From an uncultured virus (IMG/VR IMGVR_UViG_3300030329_004627) (taxonomy: Duplodnaviria > Heunggongvirae > Uroviricota > Caudoviricetes): 64,000 nt of DNA. The stretch lies in the IMG/VR virus record IMGVR_UViG_3300030329_004627. One strand, given 5' to 3'. Made by a program: the position numbers and the translations under genes. Under the pieces are notes generated by a model. It did not search any database. It had not been told where the DNA came from and worked only from the letters and a program-made list of their open reading frames with translations. Positions 11,389 to 21,300 of this stretch are shown one piece after another. How positions within the stretch are numbered: position 1 is the first letter of the stretch; each line of letters opens with the position of its first letter.

Positions 11389-12393
11389 ATGGCTTTTCAA
11401 GACGATTCAGGAAATATTATACTAGATGCGGTTCTGACCGATATTGGTCGCAAAAGAATGTCACAAGGTAACTTTAAAATTAAAAAGTTTGCACTTGGTG
11501 ATGATGAAATTGATTATACGTTATTTGACATTAGTAATCCAGCCGGCGACCAAAGCAAGATTGAGGCCACGCCTCTGTTGGAAGCGTTTGGTTCACAATA
11601 TGCAAATATTAATTATGGGCTGCTAAATTTTGAAAGTGATGATGTTATGTATATACCGCAGCTTGATACCAACACGCTATTAAAAGACAGCACCAAATTG
11701 CATCCCCTTGGAACAGGAAGTTTTTTTCTTGCTGCAAATGCAGAGACATCTAAAAAAATTAAAGATTCGCTAGGTAATAAACAATTTCATATAGTTAATT
11801 ATTCATTGACTGATAATAAGATTTTTGTTGAATCAGGAATACAAGAAGCTAAGGGATATCCTGTGCCTGATGATTCGCTTGGTCGTGATCGATTTATACT
11901 TAATTTAAACTTATTAGACAGATATATGATTCTTTCCGTAGACAGCAGATTTGTTGAAAAAATATTAGTCTCAAGTCCTGATTCTTATTTTTACAATGAT
12001 TTAGGAAATAATTTATATTCAAATTTTGAACCACTAACAGAGACTCCGCATACATCTTTAGATAGCGGAATCGACAACTATAATTCATATATTGGAGTTG
12101 CCGCGCATAATAAAATTTTTCAAAACGAGACAGGGCTTACATCTACTTATTCAGTGTTTGGTGGCCCAAGAGGTTCAATCATGGCATTTAATGTAAAATT
12201 GTTTGATGAATTGACAAAAGATTCTAACTCTACTGCCGATCAAAAGTATTCAATTTTTGGACAGACTGATCAGTTAATCTTAGGCGGCTCTAACAAATTC
12301 GATGTTATATCAACTTCTGTATATGTTCAAGGCGCATCTTCAATGTCTACATTAACAATCCCTATTAAAATTTTGAGATATAGTGGCACATAA
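11389..12393 (+). CDS. Putative baseplate/tail-collar-like structural protein (paralogue of 12457)
   Basis: MAFQDDSGNIILDAVLTDIGRKRMSQGNFKIKKFALGDDEIDY. Same length (334 aa) as 12457, with shared GPR and C-terminal IPI motifs. Confidence 0.6.
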   Translation: MAFQDDSGNIILDAVLTDIGRKRMSQGNFKIKKFALGDDEIDYTLFDISNPAGDQSKIEATPLLEAFGSQYANINYGLLNFESDDVMYIPQLDTNTLLKDSTKLHPLGTGSFFLAANAETSKKIKDSLGNKQFHIVNYSLTDNKIFVESGIQEAKGYPVPDDSLGRDRFILNLNLLDRYMILSVDSRFVEKILVSSPDSYFYNDLGNNLYSNFEPLTETPHTSLDSGIDNYNSYIGVAAHNKIFQNETGLTSTYSVFGGPRGSIMAFNVKLFDELTKDSNSTADQKYSIFGQTDQLILGGSNKFDVISTSVYVQGASSMSTLTIPIKILRYSGT

Positions 12394-12428
12394 ACTTCAT
12401 AACTTTATGGAGAACAAATAAAATATTT

Positions 12429-12436
12429 ACTATTTA
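12429..12436 (+). promoter_or_regulatory. Putative late promoter ACTATTTA
   Basis: Recurrent intergenic motif upstream of structural genes. Confidence 0.6.
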
Positions 12437-12456
12437 TGTAAAGAGAGGAATAATAA

Positions 12457-13461
12457 ATGGCTTTTTTAGACAATTCAGGCGACATCATTTTAGACGCTGT
12501 ACTTACTGAACTCGGTAGAAAACGCATGGCAGATGGTAATTTTAGAATCTCTAAATTTGCCGTTGGTGATGACGAAATTAATTATACACTGTATGATAAG
12601 AATCACGCGTCAGGATCTGCGTATTACGATCTTGAAATAATGCAGACGCCTATTTTTCAACCACTTACCACAACTGCAGCCTCTATTAATTATGGACTAC
12701 TGTCCTTTAGTAATAATGAAATTTTATATATGCCTTCTGGAGTTGTCAATGAACTAGTCGATCAATCGTTAAACGCAACTGGTAGTGTTTTTTATATAGC
12801 TGTTAATGCGGCAACAAAAAGCAAACTTGAGGAAGATTTTGGAGGCACAACTGCCGGCGCGCCTTATGTTATACAGGCGGGGAGCAATAACTCGCGGAAT
12901 ATTCTTTTTGAGCTTGGCCTTGACACAACTGATATTTCCGCAACTGCTAATAATCGCCTTACTTACCTTACAAATTTAAATCTTGTTGATGACAACATTG
13001 TGGTTTCTGCCGATAATAAATTTATCAATGGAGTTATGCAGATCACTAGAAATTCTGTGTTCAAAAACGACAGCAGTAACACTTTAACGGCCAACATTAG
13101 TGTTACATCAGTAGCGGCCTCGACTGCTGCTAAAAATTTAGACGGCTATAATGAGTATACATGCAGAACAATTCCTAACTTGATTTATCTGCCAGATACT
13201 AATACTGCTACCACCATTTCTGCTATATCTGGACCTCGTGCTGTTATTGGTGCTCTCAATGTTTCTGTTGCGGCAGAGTTGGCTACAGAATCTGGCGGAA
13301 CTCGTTCTTCTTTGTATACTGATTATGGGAGACTAAACCAAACAGTTGCAGCTGGAAGCTCATATACTTATGATCTTATAGACACAATGGTATATATAGC
13401 TGGGACGACGACTGGAACAAGTTTACAAATTCCTATAAGAATAGCAAGATTATCAAATTAA
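12457..13461 (+). CDS. Putative baseplate/tail-collar-like structural protein
   Basis: MAFLDNSGDIILDAVLTELGRKRMADGNFRISKFAVGDDEINY resembles the N-terminal half of phage tail-collar fibre domains. Confidence 0.6.
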   Translation: MAFLDNSGDIILDAVLTELGRKRMADGNFRISKFAVGDDEINYTLYDKNHASGSAYYDLEIMQTPIFQPLTTTAASINYGLLSFSNNEILYMPSGVVNELVDQSLNATGSVFYIAVNAATKSKLEEDFGGTTAGAPYVIQAGSNNSRNILFELGLDTTDISATANNRLTYLTNLNLVDDNIVVSADNKFINGVMQITRNSVFKNDSSNTLTANISVTSVAASTAAKNLDGYNEYTCRTIPNLIYLPDTNTATTISAISGPRAVIGALNVSVAAELATESGGTRSSLYTDYGRLNQTVAAGSSYTYDLIDTMVYIAGTTTGTSLQIPIRIARLSN

Positions 13462-13478
13462 AGAATCGGAGATTTTAA

Positions 13479-14615
13479 ATGCCCTACAATTACGAACCTA
13501 TAGATTTAAACACAGATGTCACGACAACTACGACATTGCTGCATGAATCTATTCCGCTTACTGGAACTATTGCAAGTGGAACATACGGCACCTTGACAGG
13601 TGGTGGAAATATTAAGAACTACACCCACGGAATGTTTCAGTCGGTTTATGACTACCCATATCTAAGCTCTTCAGCTAACCATATTTTTGATATTACTGTG
13701 GGTTACGATGAAGGCTCAGCTCTTTCTGGCTCGTCTAACCGTGTACAGCAGAAAAAGAAAATTAATCTATACAATCAGTTTGCTCAGGTTTTATTAGGCT
13801 ATACGGGCTCCAACAATGTGGTTGAGATTTTCGAATCGGATTTAGATTTTGGCAATAATGATAACCAAATGAAAGAAGTAATCATGATTGATTTTGCTCG
13901 TTTATTGACAAAAGATCAGATCAAGCCGGGAACTTTTAGCATGGTTTTTGGAACTAGTTCTTGGTCGGGTTCTTTTTCGGGCCCGAAGGCCGGCCAACCT
14001 TGCTTGGTTACTCTTACTGATAAATCAGCTTCTGCTTCTGGAACGAATACTAAAAATACTTTAGGGGGAGACTATGGTGTTTTATATGCGTCTGGAAGTC
14101 AAGACTATGGCCCGCGCTCTGGTTATCAAGGGGTTTCCCATACACGCGGTTTCGGAGTTGTTTTCTACCAGGCCGGTATTGCAATCCTTACTAGTTCTAT
14201 TTTTAGTATGCAAGGTTCTGGCTCCGGCGTTAATCTTGCAGATTTCTACAAGCATCCTTCTCTCGGAAATCAGACAATCAATCAGGCATTGACCGGCGCC
14301 GCAATATCAGGAGCATGCGATGCTATTAGGCACCGCCTGTACAATATTTCGTTTAATAATACAACCGAAATCAATTCGAAGATTTACTTCTGCCGAGTGC
14401 CCCACAACAAATATAACTACAGTGCCAATCCAACGTATGTTAGTGGCAGCAAAATCATTGTTAAGTCTGTAGCATCTGATAGTCCTGTTGCCTATATTAC
14501 CACAATCGGACTGTACAATAGCAGCAATGAGCTTTTAGCTACTGCAAAGCTCTCTGAACCATTAAGAAAGGATCCTACAAACGATATAACTATCCGCGTC
14601 CGATTGGATTATTAA
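13479..14615 (+). CDS. Putative baseplate/tail-collar-like structural protein
   Basis: C-terminal YITTIGLYNSSNELLATAKLSEPLRKD...IRVRLDY resembles the C-terminal half of tail-collar fibre domains. Internal IKPGT and NYSANPT motifs shared with 14617. Confidence 0.6.
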   Translation: MPYNYEPIDLNTDVTTTTTLLHESIPLTGTIASGTYGTLTGGGNIKNYTHGMFQSVYDYPYLSSSANHIFDITVGYDEGSALSGSSNRVQQKKKINLYNQFAQVLLGYTGSNNVVEIFESDLDFGNNDNQMKEVIMIDFARLLTKDQIKPGTFSMVFGTSSWSGSFSGPKAGQPCLVTLTDKSASASGTNTKNTLGGDYGVLYASGSQDYGPRSGYQGVSHTRGFGVVFYQAGIAILTSSIFSMQGSGSGVNLADFYKHPSLGNQTINQALTGAAISGACDAIRHRLYNISFNNTTEINSKIYFCRVPHNKYNYSANPTYVSGSKIIVKSVASDSPVAYITTIGLYNSSNELLATAKLSEPLRKDPTNDITIRVRLDY

Positions 14616-14616
14616 T

Positions 14617-15921
14617 ATGTCTTTTAAAAAATTTGGGGATCAAGATGTCTTTTTAAATACTATGAAGGCATATCCCCAAGTTTATTTCACAATCTACGAC
14701 GGTGATATTTATTACAACGGCATCCCAAACCAGTCTGGTACAATGACGATGTACAAGACTGGAGCTGTCGCAGACATTAGATCAAACTTAAAAATGGACA
14801 CAACGGCAAGCTCTGGATTCTTAAGTCTTTATGAGTATAACATTGATAGGCCTGAAGTTTTTACTAATCGCACTGTAGGACCATTTGAAGTAAAAGACAG
14901 AGGTATAATATATCCTTTTATTACAAAAGATAGCGCAAGATCAAGCTTCAGAACCGCAGCAGGATTTCAAGCTACAGATGCGACAACGTATCAAAATGAA
15001 TTTGCATATGCGGAAGTTATTACAGGCTCTTATCCTCTTAAGGCATCTATAACAAGAAGATACATCGCAACTCCCTCATCGTCAGCAGGCACATATGATA
15101 ATCGCTATGTTGCTCTTCGAAATAGATTGAATTTTTATAAAGGCCGCAGTATGCATTATGCCGTTAAATCTTCAACATGGCCAACGTCTGGGTGGAATAA
15201 AAATCTTCAGGCTTTAAATTTGGTGTCGGTGCCAAGCATATTTTATGGCACTAAAATTAAACCAGGAACAGTATCGCTAAGGTTTTATTATAGCGGCTCT
15301 TTAATCGGAGAACTGCAAGACACTCGACAAAATGGTGAACTTGTACAAACTGGGCCTTATGGAAGTCCAAATAGCGGTTCTATTGCAGGAGTCGCTTTAT
15401 ATGATGAAGGTTTGTTTTTGTTAACGGGCTCATGGGCTTTAAATGGAGAATCAGTAGTATTTCGTCCCGGTGCAAGCGCAACGAATCCCAAATGGATTGA
15501 TTTTGCAGCTGGCGCCCAGGACGGCGCAAATGTTAGAACAACCACAGGAAACTCTTTTTCAAGCGCTTCGTTTGATATCTCTTTTAAAGGGCATACCGAA
15601 ACACAAGTCATGACAATGTTTGCGCACGCTAAACGCGGCCAAGTTAATTATTCAAATAATCCAACATTTTTAACATATGGGCAATCTAGAGTAGCGTATT
15701 CATCTTCAGCTGTATATGAAGAAGCTTCCGACATATTAATAAAAAACACTGTCAGCTCTAGTCATGTTGGGTACAATGCGCCATTTAAAAGACAAGTTTA
15801 TGTATCTAGAATTGGTATTTATGATGATAAAAAGAATTTGATTGGTATTGCTACATTGGCTAATCCTGTGCTCAAAGAAGATGACAGAGATTATGCATTT
15901 AAAATAAAGTTAGACATATAG
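14617..15921 (+). CDS. Putative baseplate/tail-collar-like structural protein (paralogue of 13479)
   Basis: IKPGTV, NYSNNPT, YVSRIGIYDDKKNLIGIATLANPVLKE...FKIKLDI. Confidence 0.6.
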   Translation: MSFKKFGDQDVFLNTMKAYPQVYFTIYDGDIYYNGIPNQSGTMTMYKTGAVADIRSNLKMDTTASSGFLSLYEYNIDRPEVFTNRTVGPFEVKDRGIIYPFITKDSARSSFRTAAGFQATDATTYQNEFAYAEVITGSYPLKASITRRYIATPSSSAGTYDNRYVALRNRLNFYKGRSMHYAVKSSTWPTSGWNKNLQALNLVSVPSIFYGTKIKPGTVSLRFYYSGSLIGELQDTRQNGELVQTGPYGSPNSGSIAGVALYDEGLFLLTGSWALNGESVVFRPGASATNPKWIDFAAGAQDGANVRTTTGNSFSSASFDISFKGHTETQVMTMFAHAKRGQVNYSNNPTFLTYGQSRVAYSSSAVYEEASDILIKNTVSSSHVGYNAPFKRQVYVSRIGIYDDKKNLIGIATLANPVLKEDDRDYAFKIKLDI

Positions 15922-15927
15922 TATAAT
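15899..15927 (+). promoter_or_regulatory. Putative sigma70-type promoter for resolvase/primase
   Basis: TTAAAA(15899)-17 nt-TATAAT(15922-15927). The ATG at 15934 lies at the expected transcription start. Confidence 0.45.
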
Positions 15928-15933
15928 ATTATT

Positions 15934-16512
15934 ATGATATTAGGAATAGACGTATCTACTAGTATTACCGGCTTTGCAATCGTCGCAGAAGGCGAAATTG
16001 TTTTTTATGATTCGGTTGACTTGCGTAAATACAAAAACTTATTTGAGAAAGCAGAAAGAATAAAAGAAGCTCTCTTTAATCTCATGGACAACTATCAATA
16101 CGATCGCGAAGATCACTGGATGGAAGTAGAGTCTGATCATCCAATTTCCAACATCTACATTGAGCAATCCCTCCATATGTTTATGGGAGGCAAGTCATCT
16201 GCAAAAACTTTGTCAACTCTTACGCGCTTTAACGGTATTGTATCGTGGCTTGTGTATGAGATGTTTAATATGGAGCCAAAGTTTATCGGCTCTACGTCAG
16301 CCCGCAAACATGCCGGCATTAAAGTTCCAAGAGGACAAAAAGCAAAACAAGTTGTTTTGCAATATTTGCTTGACAACGAGCCTGCTTTTAAGATAGAATA
16401 TACAAAGCACGGAAATCCGAAACCTGAATCGTATGACCGTGCTGACGCAATTGTTATAGCAAAAGCAGGGTGGGCGATTGAACAAGCAAGCAGCGAAGAA
16501 GATTCTCAATGA
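15934..16512 (+). CDS. RuvC-like Holliday junction resolvase
   Basis: RNase-H-fold RuvC catalytic pattern: ILGIDVSTSITGFAI, IYIEQ, YDRADAIVIA. Confidence 0.85.
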   Translation: MILGIDVSTSITGFAIVAEGEIVFYDSVDLRKYKNLFEKAERIKEALFNLMDNYQYDREDHWMEVESDHPISNIYIEQSLHMFMGGKSSAKTLSTLTRFNGIVSWLVYEMFNMEPKFIGSTSARKHAGIKVPRGQKAKQVVLQYLLDNEPAFKIEYTKHGNPKPESYDRADAIVIAKAGWAIEQASSEEDSQ

Positions 16513-17416
16513 AGCTTTAGGACGAGGGCGTGATCATGGCTCTGAAATTCTTTTCAAATGTCCGAAGTGTAATCACCACAAATCTAAACTTTCTGTCAAC
16601 ATTGTTAAAAATGTATTTAAGTGTTGGATTTGTGATTATAGGGGCCGCTCTATTAGGCGTCTTATTAGGTCTTTTGGTTCCTATACTCAACTACAGAAAT
16701 GGGACGCGATATTCGGTAGGGAAGATCTGGAAAGATTTGATGATCTCTTTGCTGAGAGAAGCGTGGAGAGAAACGATCAGACAGTCGACTTACCGGAAGA
16801 ATTCGTAAGTCTCTGCCATAGCAATATCCCAAAGACTGGCATATATGCTCGTAACTATTTGAAATCGCGCGGTATTACCGACGAACAGATACTAAAATGG
16901 AAGATCGGATACTGCTTTAGTGGAGAATATCGCAACAGAATTGTTGTGCCTTCTTTCAACGATGACGGAAATGTTAGTTATTTTGTGGCAAGAAGTTACA
17001 ATGGTGATACTTACAAATACAAGAATCCACGTGCCTCCAAAAACATCGTGTTTAACGAATTGTATGTTAATTGGAACGAAGACCTGATTCTTGTAGAGGG
17101 GGTATTCGATGCAATCAACGCAGGAAATTCTGTCCCAATATTGGGTTCGACGCTACGCACAGATTCTTCGCTCATCAAGAAAATTGTTTACAACGACACA
17201 CCAGTCTACATCGCACTTGATCCTGATGCAGCAGAAAAAGAACGAAAAGTAATCAAGACTTTATTGAAGTATGACGTGGAATTATACAAGATAGATGTAA
17301 GCGGATATGAAGATGTAGGCTCCATGTCTAAAGACGTATTTGAGGATAGAAAACAAAACGCCACCTTTATCGACAGAGACAACTATTTATTGTTAGATTT
17401 GCTGTCAGCAGTATAG
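16478..17416 (+). CDS. DNA primase (Zn-binding + TOPRIM)
   Basis: N-terminal CPKC...CWIC zinc motif, YLKSRGI, NRIVVP, YFVARS, KYKNP, TOPRIM LVEGVFDA and ALDPDA. TTG start. Confidence 0.88.
   Translation: MNKQAAKKILNEALGRGRDHGSEILFKCPKCNHHKSKLSVNIVKNVFKCWICDYRGRSIRRLIRSFGSYTQLQKWDAIFGREDLERFDDLFAERSVERNDQTVDLPEEFVSLCHSNIPKTGIYARNYLKSRGITDEQILKWKIGYCFSGEYRNRIVVPSFNDDGNVSYFVARSYNGDTYKYKNPRASKNIVFNELYVNWNEDLILVEGVFDAINAGNSVPILGSTLRTDSSLIKKIVYNDTPVYIALDPDAAEKERKVIKTLLKYDVELYKIDVSGYEDVGSMSKDVFEDRKQNATFIDRDNYLLLDLLSAV
17382..17389 (+). promoter_or_regulatory. Putative late promoter ACTATTTA (inside primase 3' end)
   Basis: Motif lies 37 nt before the 17426 start. Confidence 0.5.
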
Positions 17417-17425
17417 GAGAACACA

Positions 17426-17884
17426 ATGGCTAGAAGAAAAAACACAAAATTTATTGATCCTCGTTATTTTATGGACGAGAAGATGGAGAGACTCGATGAG
17501 GCGGATCCGCACGATCAGCCCGCCGGTGGTGCTGATTCTCTTGCGCAGAAAAAGAAAAATTGTAAAGGCAAGTGGATGGAGCACGGCATGGAAGGCTTTG
17601 ATGGGTCTCGTGGGTGGTATGGCTATTGTGATGAGAAGGCCGAAAGATTAGATGAAAAAGATCTTTCCGCAAAAGAAAGAAGAGATCTCCCTGACAGTGA
17701 TTTTGCTTTGCCTGGAAAAGGTGAAGGCCCTGAAGGCAAGCAAGCCGGTTCGTATCCTATTCCCGACGAAGAACACGCCAGGATGGCATTAGCCATGGTA
17801 GCAAAGCACGGAACATCAGAGGAGAAAGCTCGCGTCCGCGCAGCTGTAAAGAGAAAGTTTCCTAACATTGATCAGGGAGAGTAA
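17426..17884 (+). CDS. Small putative internal virion protein with DUF6582-like C-terminal domain
   Basis: C-terminal LSAKERRDLPDSDFALP...YPIPDEEHARMALA...VRAAVKRKFPNI resembles DUF6582 (from memory, unverified). DEKxERLDE occurs twice. Confidence 0.55.
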   Translation: MARRKNTKFIDPRYFMDEKMERLDEADPHDQPAGGADSLAQKKKNCKGKWMEHGMEGFDGSRGWYGYCDEKAERLDEKDLSAKERRDLPDSDFALPGKGEGPEGKQAGSYPIPDEEHARMALAMVAKHGTSEEKARVRAAVKRKFPNIDQGE

Positions 17885-17887
17885 AAA

Positions 17888-18190
17888 ATGAAACTCACAA
17901 AAACACAACTTAAGCAGATTATCAAAGAAGAGCTGGAAAGTGTTATATCCGAGAAACGCCGACGAGGCCCCGTTACACCAGCAGAACAATGGATCGTTAA
18001 TCGTGGCAGTCAACGTGTTCCAAAAGCTGTACAGGCTGATTGGTATAGCCGCGGCATGAGGATCGGCTATGATTATGCTCCCCGCGCAGGAGATCCTTGT
18101 TATGATGACTTAACCAAATGCTATCAGCAAAACGAGTTGGGACAATTTGAGCGTATAGGGCAAGAAGAAGAACCGCCAATCGATGCTTAG
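17888..18190 (+). CDS. Leader-bearing small protein (MKLTKTQLKQIIKEEL...ISE)
   Basis: Shared N-terminal leader, unrelated C-terminal part. Confidence 0.7.
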   Translation: MKLTKTQLKQIIKEELESVISEKRRRGPVTPAEQWIVNRGSQRVPKAVQADWYSRGMRIGYDYAPRAGDPCYDDLTKCYQQNELGQFERIGQEEEPPIDA

Positions 18191-18323
18191 GAAACTCTCA
18201 CGATATCTTTTTAAGAAAGGCATAAGCGATTGGGAGCTTTTAAAGATCATCGGGATTCTTGGCATGGGCGCCTTTGTTATGGGAATGATGCTCTATGGAG
18301 CGATCGGGGCACTCTTTCTATAA
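18183..18323 (+). CDS. Small membrane protein (46 aa), not in ORF track
   Basis: MLRKLSRYLFKKGISDWELLKIIGILGMGAFVMGMMLYGAIGALFL: basic N-terminus plus one hydrophobic segment. Fills the gap before the next promoter. Confidence 0.5.
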   Translation: MLRKLSRYLFKKGISDWELLKIIGILGMGAFVMGMMLYGAIGALFL

Positions 18324-18330
18324 AAAAGTC

Positions 18331-18359
18331 TTGACAACAGATCCCGCATCGGGTATTAT
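18331..18359 (+). promoter_or_regulatory. Sigma70-type promoter for the Mre11-Rad50 fusion gene
   Basis: TTGACA(18331-18336)-17 nt-TATTAT(18354-18359). GGAGG RBS at 18384-18388 before TTG at 18393. Confidence 0.75.
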
Positions 18360-18392
18360 ATAATTAACGGCATAACTACGTCTGGAGGGAAC

Positions 18393-21300
18393 TTGAAGTT
18401 TGCACATATAAGCGATACTCATATCAAAAATTTGAAGTATCATTACGAGTATAGAATTGTTTTTGAGCAATTATACGAAACATTACGAGAACAAGAGGTC
18501 GACTACATCGTCCATTGCGGTGACATCGCACACACGAAAACACAAATCTCACCAGAGTTTGTGGAGATGTGTTCCGATTTTTTCCGCAACTTAGCGGAGA
18601 TCGCTCCCACGTATATTATCTTGGGCAACCACGATGGCAATCTAAAGAACAGCAGCCGCCAAGATGCGCTTACGCCTATCGTAGATGCGTTAAACTTAGC
18701 CGGCCTCAACTTGCTCAAAGTTTCTGGCGAAACACATTTGGACGATAAGTTCTGTCTTAATGTGTTATCCGTATTTGATCGAGAGCAGTGGATTAAACCA
18801 AGCAACCCAGACAAGATCAATATCGCACTTTACCATGGCTCAATCAGCAACTGTAAGACTGATGTTGGCTGGACAATGGTTAATGGCGAAGATACGATCA
18901 CCATCTTTGATGACCACGATTTTGCGATGCTGGGAGACATTCACAGGCGCCAATTCTTGGATGAAGAAGGTCGCGTATGGTACGCAGGCTCGACCGTCCA
19001 GCAAAACCATGGCGAGACTAACGACAAGGGCATTCTTATATGGGACATCAAGTCAAAGGATGATTGGGAAATCGAGCCGATTGTGCTCAAGAATCCAAAG
19101 CCGTTCTTTACAATCCCGCTTACGCTAAAGGGGCGAATGCCTAAAAAGATTGAAGTGCCGACAGGCGCCAGACTTCGCCTTGTTAGCAACAATAACTTAC
19201 CGCTTGATGTAATGCGCAGAGCAATGGACATTGCGAAGCACAGGTTTAAACCAGAAAGCATTTCGTTTCTGAACCGCGCTAGCGGACAACGTGGAAATGT
19301 GGAGGATATTACCAACGGATTACAAACAGAGAACTTGCGAGATCCAAAGATCCAAGAGGAGCTTATGGATGAGTATCTTAAAGACTTCCAGGTACCCTCT
19401 GACACAATGGAAAAAGTTTACGAGCTTAATCGTACTTATAACAAAATTATTGAGGAGAAAGAGGAGATAGCGCGCAATGTAAATTGGAGGCTAAAGTCAT
19501 TTGAATTCGATAACCTTTTTAACTATGGAGAAAAGAATGCTATTAATTTTGATAGGCTTAATGGTATTGTTGGCATTTTCGGAAAGAACTTTAGTGGTAA
19601 AAGCAGCATTATCGATGCTGCTCTTTATACTCTTTTTAATACAACTTCAAAGAACGAGCGAAAAAACCTCAATGTCATTAACCAGAATAGAGATAGTGGA
19701 CGAGGAAGACTTACGATTGAAGCCAACAATGCTACGTACACAATTGAACGAGAGTCTACAAAATATACAAAGCGATTGAAAGGCGTTGAAACACTTGAAG
19801 CAAAGACTGATTTGAACTTTGAGAGGCGAGATCATATTACGGATGAGGTGACATCGCTTAATGGTACCACACGCAATGAAACAGACGCAAACATTCGCAA
19901 GCATTTTGGAACGATTGACGACTTCATGGTTTCATCCCTGGCATCTCAGCACGGCGCCCTGGCGTTTATTGATGAAGGCTCAACCCGACGCAAGGAGATT
20001 ATCGCTAAGTTCTTAGACCTTGAAGTATTTGAGAAGAAGTTTCGAATGGCAAAGGATGATTCTGTTGAAGCGAAGGTGATGTTAAAGAAGCACGAAGACA
20101 GAGACTATAACGAGGAGATCGAAGCTTCGACAGAAACACTTGAAGATCATCGAGACAGTGTAAAGACTAATAAGCATTTCTGCGCTGAACTTAGAGAAGA
20201 GCTGACTATGCTACAGGACACCCTCGGCGCCCTAGATGCGCAAATCTCAGCAATTCCTAATGAACTTATTGATATTGCCAAGCTTCGCGAAGAGCAGAAA
20301 GGCAAAACTAAAAAAGCCGGAACGCTTATGGAGCAAATCAAAGAGCAATCAAAAGAAATTGAAAGAAAGAAGCGTGTACTTAAAAATTGTAGAGGCAAGA
20401 TTGGACACACAAATATCACTAAACTTATGAAGCTTCAGCGCGAGATTGAACTGCTTAACGAAAAAGAAAAGAAACTTAATGAAGAGTTAGCAGAAATTGC
20501 CAAGAAAGAGGTTCTGCTCCGCGAACACGAATATGATCCGGATTGCAAATTTTGTTCTGACAATAAGTTTGTCAGAGAGGCTAATTTAGCTGTAGCCAGC
20601 AAAGAACTGGTTCAGTATGAATTACAGAACACGGTGGTTGATTTAGCAGCATTAAATCCATCGGATGTGTTTACACAGCTTATGGAACACACGCGTATAA
20701 CAGGCACGGCTGCCAAGCTTGAGACAGAAATAACACAGCTCGATCTAGAGCGCGAACGCAATAAGACAGTCAGATCAAAAATTGAGTTAGCACTTAAAGA
20801 CATCTCGCTAAAAATTACCGAGTATGAAGACAACAAGGAGGCTATCGAAAACCTTGAGAAACTTTTAGGAGAACAACGCGATCTAGAGAAAAGCATCAAG
20901 AGCAAGAACAAGAAGATTACATCTTGCGAAGAAGAGACACTCGACCTCGTTAAACTTGTGGGATCCTACGAACAGCGTGTAGAAACACTGAGAGAACAGA
21001 AGCAAGAATACCACGATTTAAGATCGTCGTTCGCCGCATACGATTTGTTTATGCGCTGTATGCACCCTAACGGAATCGCCTACGATGTTATCAAGAAGAA
21101 AATTCCAGTGATCAATCAAGAGATTGCGAAGGTTCTCGCTAACATTGTAGAGTTTGAGATTTTCTTTGAAAGCTCTGGCAACAAGTTTGACATCTTTATC
21201 AAGCACCCACAATACGATGAGCGCCCGATTGAGATGGCATCTGGCGCAGAGAAAACGATGGCTGCGATGGCTATTCGGTTAGCGCTTCTATCGGTGTCTT

